Source of the DNA: Proteromonas lacertae
Lineage: Eukaryota
Assembly (NCBI GenBank): GCA_002245135.1
Contig: NGBS01000001.1
Location: forward strand, 372,001 to 436,000
Direction of reading: 5' to 3'
Length of the DNA stretch: 64,000 bases
Positions 45,119-59,264 of the stretch are shown piece by piece; the first letter of the stretch is position 1, and the number at the start of each line of letters is the position of its first letter. The notes below the pieces were generated by a model that was not told where the DNA came from, did no database searches, and worked only from the letters and a program-made list of their open reading frames with translations. Position numbers and translations under genes: made by a program.

Positions 45119-47287
45119 ATGTCCAATAATTACAACTATAACTACCAGAATAATTATAACAGTAATTATGCTGAGCCTGCGTATGTAGAAGGTAATGTTG
45201 GTATTACTTCTCAGCAATCAACAAGTAATCCATTTTTATCACATTATTATAATATGCGTAGCAGTAGTTATAATAATAACACTATTATTCCTAACAACAA
45301 CAATAATAACATAGCAAATAATCAGTATGCTTACCAAAACACAGCTGTTCAATATACAAGTAATAATGTGGTTAATAATCAGCCAATAAATCCTATTACC
45401 AATGATAACAACAACAACAATTTAATCAATCAACCCAATGCATATGAAGAATTTAATACTACTGCTAATAACAATATAATAAATCCTCAATATTCCTATC
45501 AAAACACTTCTATTCATGATATTAACAATAATGTAGTTAATTCTTCAAATACATCTGTTTCTAACAACAACAACAATATAGTAAATCCTCAAGATTCATA
45601 TATAGATCCATATGCAGCTAATAATAATAATAATAATATGATAAATAATCAATATACTTATCAAAACACTGCTGTTCAATATGCGAATAATAATATGGTT
45701 AATAATCCACCAACAATTCCTAATGAATTAGTTGCTAATGATAATAGCAATAATAATATTGTTAAACCACCAATTTCAGATCCAAATCCTTTCTCAGGAA
45801 GGAATAATAGCAATAATAATATAACAAATAATCAATATGCTTATCAAAACACAGCTGTTCAAGATATCAATTATTATAACAATAATGTGATTAATCCTTC
45901 CAATACATCTGTTCAAACTTCATATAATAATGTATCTGTTGGAGATGTAAACAATAATAAAGTAAATCTCTCCAATACATTATCATTCATTCCTAATAAC
46001 AATAATTATGGAATGAATAATCCAAATACTATAGCTTATACAATAAACTCACCTAATACATATTCTGCTTATAATACTAACATGACAATACCTCCAAGTC
46101 CTTATAACAATAGTAATACATGTGTTCTTTTACCACCTTCAAATCAATTTAGCAATACATTCAATCCAAATAATAATATAGTTTATCCTAATGGAAATGG
46201 AGTAAAGCAACCAATCAAAAGAGGTAAATATAAAATCCCCACCAAACGTGGAAAGAGAGTTGTACATAAAAGATCATCATCATCATCATCATCATCATCA
46301 GATAGTGATAAAAATGATGATAAAAGTGATAGTGAGAGTAATAAGAGTGATAGTGACAGTAGTAATAATAGTGAAAGTGAAAGTGATGATGATTCAAAAA
46401 AGAAAAAGAAGAATGTGAAGAAGGAAAAAAGCAAAAAATCCAAAAAACAAAAAAATCCAAAAACTGATATAAAACATCCAGAGAGAAAAGAACATAATGA
46501 ACTTCCTCCACAATCACCTCCTCCATCTCCTCCTCATAAAAAAGAAGTCAAATTATCTGAAGAAGGTGGGAGATTAGTGAAGGATGTAGATATGGATTTA
46601 TTAGGAGATGAATTGAATAATAAATTAACACAAGAAGAGAAAGATACAATTACAGTGGTATAATATAATATATATATATTGAAATATTATAAAAATAGAG
46701 AGAAATAAACTTCATAAATGATTTTGGATTAGATAATTGGAGAAACAGTAAACGTACAAAAGATTTTGAAAAGTTAGATAAATTAGATAAAACAGAAAGT
46801 GAGAAAGCAATTAAGAGATTCATTGGAGATGAAATATTTTATAGAAAAAATGTCCAAAAGGAAAATGTATATATATATATATATTATATTAATATGTAAT
46901 GTATATAGTATTTAAAGTTTTATAATATTGAAGCATGTGGAAAATATGATTGTGAGAATTGTAAAGAAAAAGATATGGATGGAAAAGACTTCTTTTGTTT
47001 GGTATATATATAAAGTATTTAGTATATTGTTTATTAGTCTTGTAAACACAAATATTGTCAAAATTGCTATAAGGATTATATAAGACAAAAGACTGAAGCT
47101 GATCACACAGCAATTGATGATGTATATTGGTAATTGTGTTATATTATTTGAATAGATTAAGTGTTTAAATCCAGATTGTAATGAAAAAATGTGTGATTAT
47201 TTGGCAAGGATACTATATCAAGATAATCCAGAGGAATATGAAGAAATTACTATAAAATTAGCTCAATTATACGAGTCTGCACTTTAA
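45119..47287 (+). CDS. Asn-rich repeat protein with C-terminal RING (RBR RING1-like) finger
   Basis: N/Q/Y-rich first exon, Ser/Lys tracts, spliced C-terminus CENC...SCKHKYCQNCYKDYI...IKCLNPDC. Confidence 0.65.
45317..45870 (+). repeat. Four dispersed imperfect coding repeats (N.QY.YQNT.V/I)
   Basis: AATAATCA(G/A)TAT(G/A)CTTA(C/T)CAAAACAC(A/T)GCTGTTCAA near 45317, 45644 and 45828; degenerate copy near 45482. Confidence 0.8.
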
Positions 47288-47421
47288 TATAGTCGTATTA
47301 TATGATAAACAGATGATTAATTTAATTAATTACCTTTCAATATGTATTTGTTTTTTTATTGGTTTAAAATAGTTTGGCGCGTTTTTCAAATATCACTTTT
47401 TGCTTCGCTAAATTTACTACT

Positions 47422-48841
47422 ATGCAATCATCTGACGATGTTATCATTTTCACAAACAGAAGAAAGGTATTATTATACTGAGATTGTTAATTTATCTTTG
47501 TATAGGATCTTGATTTATTATTGTATCTAAATCTTTGATGTTATTCTAGCGAAATTGGCAATAAAAGCAAAATTCCTAAGACTAAATTGTCTAAATTGAC
47601 AGAATTCTATACGTATAAACATACTGACTATATTGTAGAGAATTAATCCCTTTAATTGAGGTAGAAGACTTCTATAAATTGCCATCATACGTTCATGGTC
47701 TAATTAAAATATACTGTGTATATATAAAATACAATAATTTGCTAGTATAAGGTAATCTACAACAAAAATTGTTTAATTAGACTAACCAACGTACAAGAAA
47801 ACAAATTAGTTGATGAAAATAATATTAAAAGATACAGGTATATTTCTTCACTATTTATTCATAATTAGACCAAGAAAATCTGTCAATATAACGGACATCG
47901 ACTCATTCACTACCAACATTTACAAATACCATTTTGATTTCTTTGATGTTGATCCAGAAATAGCCAGATCCAGCTCAAAAATGTCTTTACCTTTAATTGA
48001 AGACAAATCAACAAGATTAAGTATAATGGAAGCTGAATTTGTCAATGATCAACAACAACCAGAAGATATATTGAACAGCTATAAACCTGATGGTATTTTC
48101 ATTGAAGAGAAAACACACAATAATAACATTAATATATACTATGGAGATGATAGTATAATTATTCCAGATGTTTATAATGAAGATATCTCTGAAGTAGTAG
48201 CAGTACCAGCAACTAAACCTGTTAAAAGAACATCATCATCATTAGCAGCAGCTCCTGTTCAAATCATACAAAAAAGAACAAAATTAATAATTGATGAAAC
48301 ACCTAAAATACCAAGTAATAATTATGAATTGAAGAAATTGATTAAAAATCCAAGATCATTGTTGCGTGCTACTGGTTTTCAGTTTAAAAATAAACATAAA
48401 TATTCTTCTACTCATAGTTTTAATCCATATATGCATTTCATTGCGAATATAGCTTGTTATGAAAACAATAGAGAAAAGGATGATGATGATAATGATGAAC
48501 ATTTATCATATCAAAGACAAGAACAATTTGATATATTCAACCAATCCATTGAAATTGAAATGTATCAACAAGATGATATTCCACCTACTTTACCTGACAC
48601 TAACTTGAGATGCGATGATAAACAATTAATATCCTTCAATGATACTATTGACATTCAAAACACTGATAATGAACAATCTCTTTTGGAGAATATTCAAATT
48701 TCAGGAGATTTATCATTCAAAGAATACACTCGTGGATGGAATAAATATAGAGTTTCCAAAACATTTTTGAATTTACTGACATTATGTGCTAAAGGAGATG
48801 TGAATGTTTACCAATCCAATTCTGATATTATAATGAACTAA
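47422..48841 (+). CDS. Divergent Rad21/Rec8 alpha-kleisin cohesin subunit
   Basis: C-terminal winged-helix pattern SFKEYTRGWNKYRVSKTFLNLLTLCAKGDVNVYQ. Spliced N-terminus has HGLIKIY..KV.Y. Confidence 0.7.
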
Positions 48842-48970
48842 ATAATCATATATGTAGTGATTCTTACCTTTTGTGTATTGATATAATGTGAATGAAAGAG
48901 TCAAACCATAATTCGAGTTTATTTATTTACAAGCTCACAAGCTCGATTATTAAAAAACGGCAAATTAAAA

Positions 48971-50109
48971 ATGTCTCTTATGATAAATACAGATAAGTTG
49001 AAGAGGATTAAAGAAGGTAAGGTTAATCCTTGTTTATGGAAAGATTGGGAAAAACAGAGTTTGAAGAATGGACCTCACAATACAATGTATTCTTGTTCCT
49101 TAATAGTTATTAATAGATATTGGATTTCAAAGAATAAAAAATATAGAGAAACACTAATTAATGGTGGTGAAGCAAGTAGATATATAAATGGTGATCAATA
49201 TCAAGGTTATTGGAAGAACAATAAAAAAGATGGTTATGGTATTCAAACATGGCAAAATGGAAGGCGTTATGAAGGCGAATGGGAAGAAGGTCAAATGTCA
49301 GGCAAAGGAATTATGTGGATAAGAACAAAGGATGGTAAATTAAAGAAACAATATAACGGTGAATGGAGAAATGGGAAAAGAACAGGTTTAGGAGTATATT
49401 ACTATAGTCCAACACACATATACGAAGGATCTTGGGTAGATGATAAAAGAAATGGAAAAGGCAGAATGATGTACGAAAACGGTGATATATATGAAGGTTA
49501 CTGGGTAAATGATAAGCGTGAAGGTGCTGGTGTAATGGTCTATGCTAATGGTGATAGATATGAAGGAAATTGGTTAAATGATGTTAAACAAGGAAGTGGT
49601 AGATATTTCTATATAAAAACTAATAAATTATATGAAGGAGAATGGTTTAATGATACAGCTAAATGTGGTATATTCCATGATATACCTGGTGTTGATGAAA
49701 GTGGAGTGATTGAAACAAATCCAGATGCTGAACATAACTTCCAAATACCAACTGTATATTTATTATTTTATTATTTTTTTTATAGTTGGAACTTGAGAAT
49801 GAAGATGCTGTATTAACAGAAGCAATACAAAATGTTAGAAATATGCAAATTAACAATAATAAACATGGATTAGGTGGAAATGATTTAACAACTGAAGAAA
49901 TGAAGTATTTAACAATGGCGTTTCAAAATGTGGATAAAGAAGGTAAAGGTTATATATATGGATATGATTTATATAATTTATTGCAATATATTGGTGTAGA
50001 AGTGAATGAAAGCCAAATGGGTGATATATTTGCTTTGTTGGAGTGTGAAAGTGAAACTGCCATTGATTTTAGCCAATTTTGTGAATTAATGAGAGTTCTT
50101 AAACAGTAA
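48971..50109 (+). CDS. MORN3: MORN-repeat protein 3-like with C-terminal EF-hands
   Basis: LWKDWEKQSLKNG N-terminal motif, about 7 YEG.W...K..G.G repeats, last exon with FQNVDKEGKGYI and IDFSQF. Confidence 0.75.
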
Positions 50110-50247
50110 AGATTCAATATAATTAAATGAACAAATTAATTTATGTATTTTTTAAATATTTTTGATGTTTTAAAAGATAAATGAATTTTTATTCGTTATT
50201 GTCAAACATTTTGGCTTGATTCATTTTTTTCTTGATTTATTTTTGCA

Positions 50248-50876
50248 ATGTCTAATGATACATTCGAGGACATAACTGGTGAAATTGATACACAGAACTG
50301 CATCTGTTTAAATGAAGATGCTGAAAATGCACACAACAATATATTTAACGATATGCCTTCACAAGTACTTAAGAGTGATGCAGATGAACAATTATTATTG
50401 ACTGTATCAATCAAGAGGCAATATATTTGTATATATAGATTCCATTTCGATCACCAGTAAAAGTTCAGTCATTAACATTTCATGCTCCAAATGATGGTAT
50501 TATTATTGACAATTATAGATATATATTTACTAATTATTATAATAGAAACTGCACCAAAATCAATTCGAATTTTTATCAATAAACCCAACATGTCTTTTGA
50601 TGATGCTGAAAATACAAATCCAACAGAAGTATATTTTATCATTCTGATTAAATGATATAGGAATTTGAGTTAACAAGAGAAGAGTTAGCAGGAGAAAAGC
50701 CAAAATTAGTAAAATATGTGAAATATCAAAATGTAAGATGCTTGACTATTTTTGTTGGTGAGAATTATGGAGCTGAGACAACTACCATAATATCTATTCA
50801 TGTAGCTGGAAAACGATTCACTGGATTATTGGATGTTAATAAGATACAAGAAGCATTGAAACAAGAAGAAGCATAA
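50248..50876 (+). CDS. PITH-domain protein, 4 exons
   Basis: CLNE, LKSDADEQLLL|IPFRSPVKV, APKSIRIFIN, VKYQNVRCLTIFV.EN.GAETT. Confidence 0.88.
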
Positions 50877-50956
50877 TTGAATTACACTTTTTTTTTGATG
50901 ATTTTTTTGTTTGGGTGTGTGAAAATTTTCAGTTAACGTAATTTTCTTCATTAGAA

Positions 50957-51714
50957 ATGGGATGTGTATCAATGTTATTTTTAATATTTTAGGGTGGATC
51001 TAAATCTGAAGAAAATGAAATTTATTCTAAAAAAGTGAGGGTAGATACAAAAGGTTTGAAATATGTAAATTCAGTGGTATATTATACATATAATAAGTAG
51101 ATAACAACTCTCTCTGAGGTATGTCACAAAAATTTACTAATGTGGACTGGACAAGCTGACGCTAGTAATGGGATTTTCTTGGAGAGTAGAAAATGTGAAG
51201 CTAACCTTGATAGCATTGTTTCATCTAATTGTAAATCAGGAATACTACCAACAGAAGCTGTATTATCTATTATTTCTACTTTTCTATAAATTAATAGGAA
51301 GTAACTTCATTTCTATCACAATTATTAGCAGCAGTAAAAGAGCTTCATAAGTATAATATAGTTCATCAAAATATCACTTCATCCAACATTTTATTCACAA
51401 CAGAAGAAGGAGATAACAAAGATGAGAAATTAACCGTTATTAAATTATGTGATCCATATGTAGGAGTATGCAACCACATTTTATCAATTTCTAATGTTCC
51501 TCCAGAATTAAATAGAAATTCAAAAGAAAGTGATTTATGGTGTGTAGGAATGTGTTGTTACTATTATGCAACGGGTTCTTACCCTTATCATAACTATAAT
51601 GAATGCTTTGGTAAATTTAAAGTAAAACAATCAAAGAATATGAATGAAAGTACATATAAAACGCTAAGAAAATGTCTATCTTTTCAACCCTCTTCGAGAT
51701 TAGCTGCTTATTAA
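50957..51714 (+). CDS. Small putatively acylated pseudokinase (CAMK-like fold), 4 exons
   Basis: MGC|GGSK N-terminus, IVHQNITSSNIL, KLCDPY, PPE, DLWCVG...GSYPY. Absent from the ORF track. Confidence 0.7.
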
Positions 51715-51814
51715 TGTTTTCTTTTAATTTATATTTAATAATAATTGTTTCTTTAATGATTTTTATAAATCTCATTTAATTCAATAATTACTTTATATTT
51801 AAGATTAATTATAA

Positions 51815-52347
51815 TTAAAATTTAATTAATGCTTTGACAGCAGTAAAACCACCAGGTACAGAACATATAACATACCAGCCAATAGCTATTAATTGAACTA
51901 ATGCGATTAAAAAAGCTACAGCTGTGTGTCCTTTGAATTTAATAACACCAAAGACAATTACTAATATAAAGCAAATAACAAAAGCGATAGTAGCATATCT
52001 TTTTTCTTCACTAAAGCAGGTTTTTATCTGCTCAACTGGTCCCCACATAATCATTGTACTTAAGAGTAATAAAATAATACCAATGAGATATAAGATGAAG
52101 AAGATAGCTAATTTATCAGCTAACCAAGTAGACTGTTTAAAACATATAAAAACATATAGATACTATAATTGCGCATATTGCTCCAACTAAGAAACATCCT
52201 CCGAAAGCTATATAACGCTATGTTAAGTTAGATTCGTATATAATCTAATACCATTTTACTACTTAATCCAAATTGTTCTCCTAAAGAGCCAGCTCCTCCA
52301 CCTACACCACCACCAGCTGCAGTAACTACAGATGCTGCTTGAAGCAT
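51815..52347 (-). CDS. SFT2: Vesicle transport protein SFT2 (Got1/Sft2 family), 3 exons
   Basis: GLS...RYIAFGGCF, GP.EQ.K..F...R..AT, Q..A..WY..CSVPGG. Four TM helices. Confidence 0.88.
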
Positions 52348-52389
52348 AAAAAAAGATATAAAAGGCTTGACTCGAAACACAAAATTAAA

Positions 52390-54490
52390 ATGAATGAAAG
52401 AACTATAACTACTGAAGCAAATAATAAATCTTCAACTGATAATACGAGCAGTGTGACAATGAAAGATATTAATAAGAATGTAGCAGAGTTTTCTACATCA
52501 AATACTCCTAAATCACCAAAAGAAAGACCTATACCTACTCATTTTGTTGGTTTAAGAATATGTTCACCAAATATATACTCTCATGTATTGTTTAGGATGT
52601 TATTCATATATTATAATTAGATTGATTATATTCAAAAAGAAATGATCAAAAAGAAAGGATTTTTACGGAAAGCAATTCAAAAACCATGTTGGTGTCATAT
52701 GACGTTATTTGTATTCAGTGTATGCAATGCTATTCAACTTCAACATGCAAAAGAAGTTTTAATAAAATCAAAATCAATAATTGATAAGTATTATCCAACA
52801 TCAAGTCCAGTTGTGCATTTAAATCATCTGAATGCATTTGGTAATAGAGTATTATATATTGATAGTGAAGAGAATGATGAATTGTATAGAATATATTGAG
52901 AAATCGATAATAATAATATGTAATAGAAAAAAGCTTAAAGAATTTGTCAAAGAATATAGATCATTTTTCACAAGTAATGAAATTGAAATAAAAGAGGATG
53001 GTGATTGGACACCACATTGTACTATATTCAAATTTTATGGAAGAAGAGTATTTAATATATATTTTATATTTATAAATGTGTAGGATAAAATATATGAATC
53101 ATATTATAAGAAATACATTGATTATGATTTTGGTTGTTACAGTATAAAAAATATTGGTTTATATAAAATGGAAAAGAAGAAAACTGAAGAAGATCATTTT
53201 TATATTGAAGAAGAAAGTATTAATTTTCCAGTAATAACAACTGTTGAAGAAATAAATAAATATGAAGAATCTGCTGCTACTCCTCCACTTCCTTCATCAC
53301 TTCCTGAAGATTCGTCTGATCCATTATCGTCATTACCAACAGCAGAACCAACTGTAGATTCTTCAGTGTTAGAAGCGATAAAGAGTGAAGATAAGACTTT
53401 AGCATTTGATGGAAATAATTTCCAAAATGGAGGAGGTCAATTATTAAGAACTGCATTATCAATATCCTGCTTATTCAAAATACCATTTACATTTAATAAC
53501 ATTAGAATATTCAGAAAACCAAAGACTGGATTATTAGCTCAACATTTAACAGGTGTTAACATAATGACAAAATTATTCCAAGCAGATGTAATTGGTAATA
53601 TACTTGGTTCATTATCATTAGATTTTTCACCATCATCATTTAACAATGAAGAATATGAATGTAGAATACCAATAGGCACAGCTGGTTCAATTATGTTAAT
53701 AATACAAACAGTATTACCTTCATTATTAGCGCTTCATGATCATCCAATCAAATTTAATATCATTGGTGGAACTCATGTTTTAGCTTCACCATTTTTGGAA
53801 TGTGTTGAATATGGATTAAAACCGTATTTGAAATTAATGGGTATTGATTTTAAATCTGAAATAAAAAAGTATGGATTCTTCCCAAAAGGAGGTGGTGAGA
53901 TTGAATTTACAGTTGAACCTGTTACATTACCATTAAAACCACTGGTTATGACAGATGTTGGTAAAATAATAAAGATTAAAGGAAAAGTGTTTTTATCATC
54001 CAATATATCTCCTGCATCATTAGAAACAATACAATCGACTGCACATGATGAAATTGAAGATAATTATGAAGAGTATGAAGAATTAGAAAGTTGTGATATT
54101 GAATCTGAATCACTAAATAGAAGAATGTATTCTTGTGAAGGTGGTGGTTTGTATTTACTTGCTTATACAACTACTGGATGTGTTTTAACAGCTCAGAATT
54201 TGTATGATACTAAACATAGAAATGCCAATATTGGTAAAGAGTGTGTTAAGGAATTTTTAGAAGAAATTGAAAATAAAGTGTGTATTGACAGTTATATACA
54301 GGATCAGGTGTTGATATTTATGGCACTAGCTGAAGGTCACTCAAAAATATTGGTAGGACCTATTACAGATCACACAAAAACTTGTATTGACATAATTCAA
54401 CAGATGATTGATGTAAAATTCAAAATAACTTCAATTTCTGACAAACAAAATTATATAGAATGTGATGGAATTGGCTATACTAGAGAGTAA
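52390..54490 (+). CDS. RTCA: Fusion of AKAP7-like 2H phosphoesterase and RNA 3'-terminal phosphate cyclase
   Basis: Introns 52585-52620, 52884-52926 and 53048-53083 give one ORF: PTHFVGLRI, HMT and PHCT (2H), YDFG, Pro/Ser linker, GGGQLLR, GLLAQH, GFFPKGGG, YIQDQ, TDHTKT (catalytic His). Confidence 0.88.
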
Positions 54491-54890
54491 AGAATAAAAG
54501 TAAGAATAAGTATTTATTTTCGTTTTGAATATGTTGAGGATATTGAACGATGCATATTTTCCATATTAATACGATATTATTGATGTTATAACATCTAAAA
54601 CAAATAAATTAAAATAATACATAAATACATGTGTATTATGTATGATTAAGAGTATAGTAATCTCGAAACCGTTTCTTTTAAATTGGCTCAAATCAATCTG
54701 TAACGAAAAACTTAAAAGCCAATCAAATCAAAGTTAATTCAAGCCTATTTCAAACTTTACTGTTACAGATTTAGTTTTTGATTTTTATGTATGAATAGCT
54801 TCTCTCTATGCTTCTATAATAATTATTATATTTTTGTTTATCTTATACTAAATTTATATATGCACATTTTAATATAGTTTATAGATTATA

Positions 54891-55186
<296 letters not shown>

Positions 55187-55280
55187 AATAATTGCATCTA
55201 TTATATTTTTTAAATTCTAAATTTGTTTCTTTTTTATTGGTTAATTATTCACAAACAATAAAAACAATAATAGATAACAA

Positions 55281-55809
55281 TTAGATAAGGTAAGGACTAT
55301 CCAGTGTAGCATATCCTGTTGCTACACCTCCTTCATCCACTCCAATTGGTTTTGTTCTAACAATATGTCCAGTACATTCATTATTTATAATTTTGTTATG
55401 ATTCTCTATATAAATAGAGAAGATTCCAAGTTCACTCACAACATCTTTCTCAATTAATTCAGCTTCACGTATTAAATACCCATGATTGACTAATGGTAAT
55501 ATTCTCTCCATTATAATATAAGATGAATAATTAGACTCAGCTAAATCACTTACAAATTCAACTATATCTTTGCCATATATATTATTTCCTCCTCCTTCTC
55601 TTTGTGGTTTTATTACATATTTCTCAGGCTCTGCTAATGCTTTATTACGATATTCTTCATTCTCTAAACTCCATAAACCAGCGTATGATTTTCTAATATT
55701 TCCTACTTCCTCAGAAGAATCAGGTAAATATTTCTCAGTGATTTTTTCATTGGTTAATAATTGTTGTATTTTTTTACATCCTGATAAATGTAGAAATATA
55801 TTTGGACAC

Positions 55810-55899
<90 letters not shown>

Positions 55900-56837
55900 T
55901 AATACTTTAATAGCATTTGATTTCTCAATCAATAACCTCGCATCCCATTCCATGTAAGTTGGATAATCATTTGGTGTATAACCAGCTCTATAATAAACTA
56001 TACACACATTATGATCACTTATCACTAACGTTTTATCATTTAATAATCTTCCTTCTTCTTGTACTTGTTTCAATGTTCTTCTTAATGATTTAATATGATG
56101 TTTAGAATATAGAGTTTGTTCAATCAGACGTTGATCTATCATGTTATTTTCATGTGGTTGAACTATGAATAACACTGAACCATTTGGCTTATTTTGTAGT
56201 TTAAAAGCTTCAGCAAATGCATCAACTATTCTATTGATATTATTAGTTGATGGTAGTGATGAATCTGATAGGATATAATCAGGTTTTAGATAATCACTAT
56301 ACCGATTGAGTAAATATTGGTGTAGCGATGAAACTTTATCACCCAAACAACCAAATGAACATGATATTGTATTGAATTCTACTTGAAGCAAACTCTTTGG
56401 AATGTTATCAGGAGAATGAATCATATAATCTGATCTGAATATTCCAAATATTGGAGAGTTAATGTTTTGCTTATCTACTTCACGAGCTATATTTAGTAGA
56501 CTATTTGTAAATGGATCAGCCATTCTATTTTCATTAAATGTTTATCAATTATACCCTTGTAGACTCTCAAATAGAAAATTGTGATCTTTACTGACATTTA
56601 TATACAATTTTGCATATACTGGAGCCAATTTCAAAGCATAATTATACATATCTGCTGGAATCTATTATTATATGAATTTCACTATAGTTGTACTTTTGTT
56701 GGAAATAATGAAAATGGGATATGAGTAAATACAGAGCGATGCGGATGTTCTTCTATATTTATACCCATCATTGCACCTGTCGAAGCAGAAAAGTCAATAG
56801 CTTGATTCTTTATTTCTTCAATAATTTCTTTATCCAT
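55281..56837 (-). CDS. GSS: Glutathione synthetase (eukaryotic type), 4 exons
   Basis: HIPFSLFP, GIFRSDYM, QVEFNTISCSF, YYRAGYTP, KPQREGGGNN, MERI, SELG, EGGVATG. Confidence 0.95.
55811..55903. repeat. Interrupted (TAA)n microsatellite inside a GSS intron
   Basis: Two TAA runs separated by ATAT. Source of the poly-N, poly-I and poly-Y ORF artefacts. Confidence 0.9.
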
Positions 56838-57110
56838 TAAATAATTGTTTAATTTGTTTCTAGAAGAAGGAACAACAATCTATTTAGAAAATTATTAGAT
56901 TTTTCTTAAAACGAACATTTGCTTGTTTACAAAAACATGTGGTTATAGGTGCAATTTTATTTAACTTATTGAACATTATCATATTTATCTATGAAATGGT
57001 TGAATAGTGAACTTCGTTAAAACGAATCTTTCTTAAAACATTTTTTCGTTTGGTTAAATAAAACAACAACAATAGCAAAAAAGCATATAATAAAAAGGTA
57101 TATATCATTA

Positions 57111-59226
57111 TTAAACATGAGTAGTAAATATATTGATAATTCTATCATCTTTCAAATCATTTAGCAACTTCACTACATGTTTTACCATCAGAATCTTTCA
57201 CTCTATATCAATAAAATAATACTTATCAAATACTCTAAACATAAATTATTCCATATTAACCATTCAATTAATGGAATATTCTTCTCTTTTATACATAAAT
57301 GCATTAAAGTTCCTTTATATCCATCTTTCTCTATCAATTCATTATAATTCTCTTTGGCTTTATCATAAACAGTGAATAATTTGCTATATAACTCAACTGG
57401 ATCACATTCTGGACTTTTTATATAATCATATAATTCAGTTATTGATAATGGTTCTAAGGTTTTATCAATGAATTTTCTTTCAGTGTATTTCTGAGTAATA
57501 AATTCTTTTCTTTCTTCAAGTGTTGCTGAAGAATATAATCTAAATAAATAATAAATAAAAACAACAATAAAATACACATCACCAGATTCTTGGAAGAAAT
57601 AACGATTAGAAGCTTCAGGTGTAAAATATTTAAACATTTCCATAACCGTTGAATTTAATTGATCCAATTGTATACTTCTCACTTGACTAATATGTACTCC
57701 CAACTCTCTATGTGTTCCACTACAATTATGACACATAAATAAACACAAATTAACAGACAACCAAACCGGGTTTGATTCTCCACAATCAGCACAAACATTG
57801 TACAATTTCTCTAATTCGACTTTATTCTCATAAGTAATAGCGAATGGATTAATCTCATCTAAATTGCCTTTTTCTAATATTAATGATAATACAATTTGTA
57901 ATTGAGTTGACCAGTTTTGTTTATCTTCTTTTGTTTCTGTTTTGAATAAATAACTTGTTTGGTTGGATAATATAATCATAAATGATTTCTCTCTATCTAC
58001 ACCTTTATCATAACAATCTTTAACTGTTGCTAATTGTAAATCACATAACATTTTCTTCTCATTATTTTCATTAATATAAAACATACCATCTGTGTTGATA
58101 TAATACCATCTCTTAATATTCTTTTTACCTTCATATAAGTAACCTTCATGAATTGGTGGTTCATCTGAAAATCTATTAATATTTTTATTAATATGTATAT
58201 AATTATACGATATATCATGTAAACCACTAATAATATCTTCAATTGTATTACAAGGTCTTCCTCCTCTTCTCATTCTGTAGATTTTACTATTACATTCAGT
58301 TATGTAATTGACATAGTCTTCTTTTTCACTCTAATAATAAATAAATAAATAAATAAATATATATATATATATACAATTGGAACTAAATCACTTTTATAAC
58401 CTTCTAATGTTCTTAATACTTCATTCTGAATAATATCACTATAAAATATATAATATCATATATATATATATACTATTCTTTTTGATTAATTTTCTTTATA
58501 TTCCACTTCATAATACAATATACTGGTTTATGATCACTGCTTTGTAAATTATCATATCTACTATATTCATACACTCTTACTGTTTCATTCATTGTTTCTT
58601 TATTCTTAATATAATATTGTATTCTATCACACCAAGCTGGTTCTCTCTTCTTCTCACCATCAACATTATACATGTTAGTCTTTGGTTTATATTTATAAGT
58701 TGGTAAGAAATTAATAGGTGGTTCTACAAAATCATTAAAGCTTTGTCCACTTTCTTTACTTTGAATCAATTGATCTTTTTCAATTAATGGTTCAATATTA
58801 TTCTCTCGAATAAGTTTAAATATTGTTTCATAAGACAATACTGGATTTATTCTATAATTCAAATCTCCCATCCATAACACTATATCATGATCATTAATCT
58901 TATATGGAGTATTATTACTGGTTTTTGTATTGAATTTAATCTCATTAATCATTTGATAATAATTCTGATTACGTTGTGCTAAATTCTTAGTATGAGCTGC
59001 TAAATGTGAACAGATGAAACATAATGATGTGTTATATAAATCCATTCTTATAGCTACACCTCCTTTATTCCCCATTATTCCCATTAATCCAAAGGCTGAT
59101 AGTGTATCTTCAATATTGGAGAGATGGGAGTATAATGATGTTTTGATGAATACACCAAGATATACACCGACTAGACATTTTGTTCCTACTAATTTATATT
59201 CATCCTATTATTTTATAGTAAATAGA

Positions 59227-59264
<38 letters not shown>

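Noticed and set aside
53168..54490. Stand-alone RtcA or Rcl1 starting at ATG 53168
   Set aside because: The frame is open upstream to a splice acceptor and the 2H domain has no stop of its own. The catalytic His argues against Rcl1.
55570..55902. ORFs with poly-Asn, poly-Ile or poly-Tyr tails
   Set aside because: Translation of an intronic (TAA)n microsatellite in GSS, on either strand.
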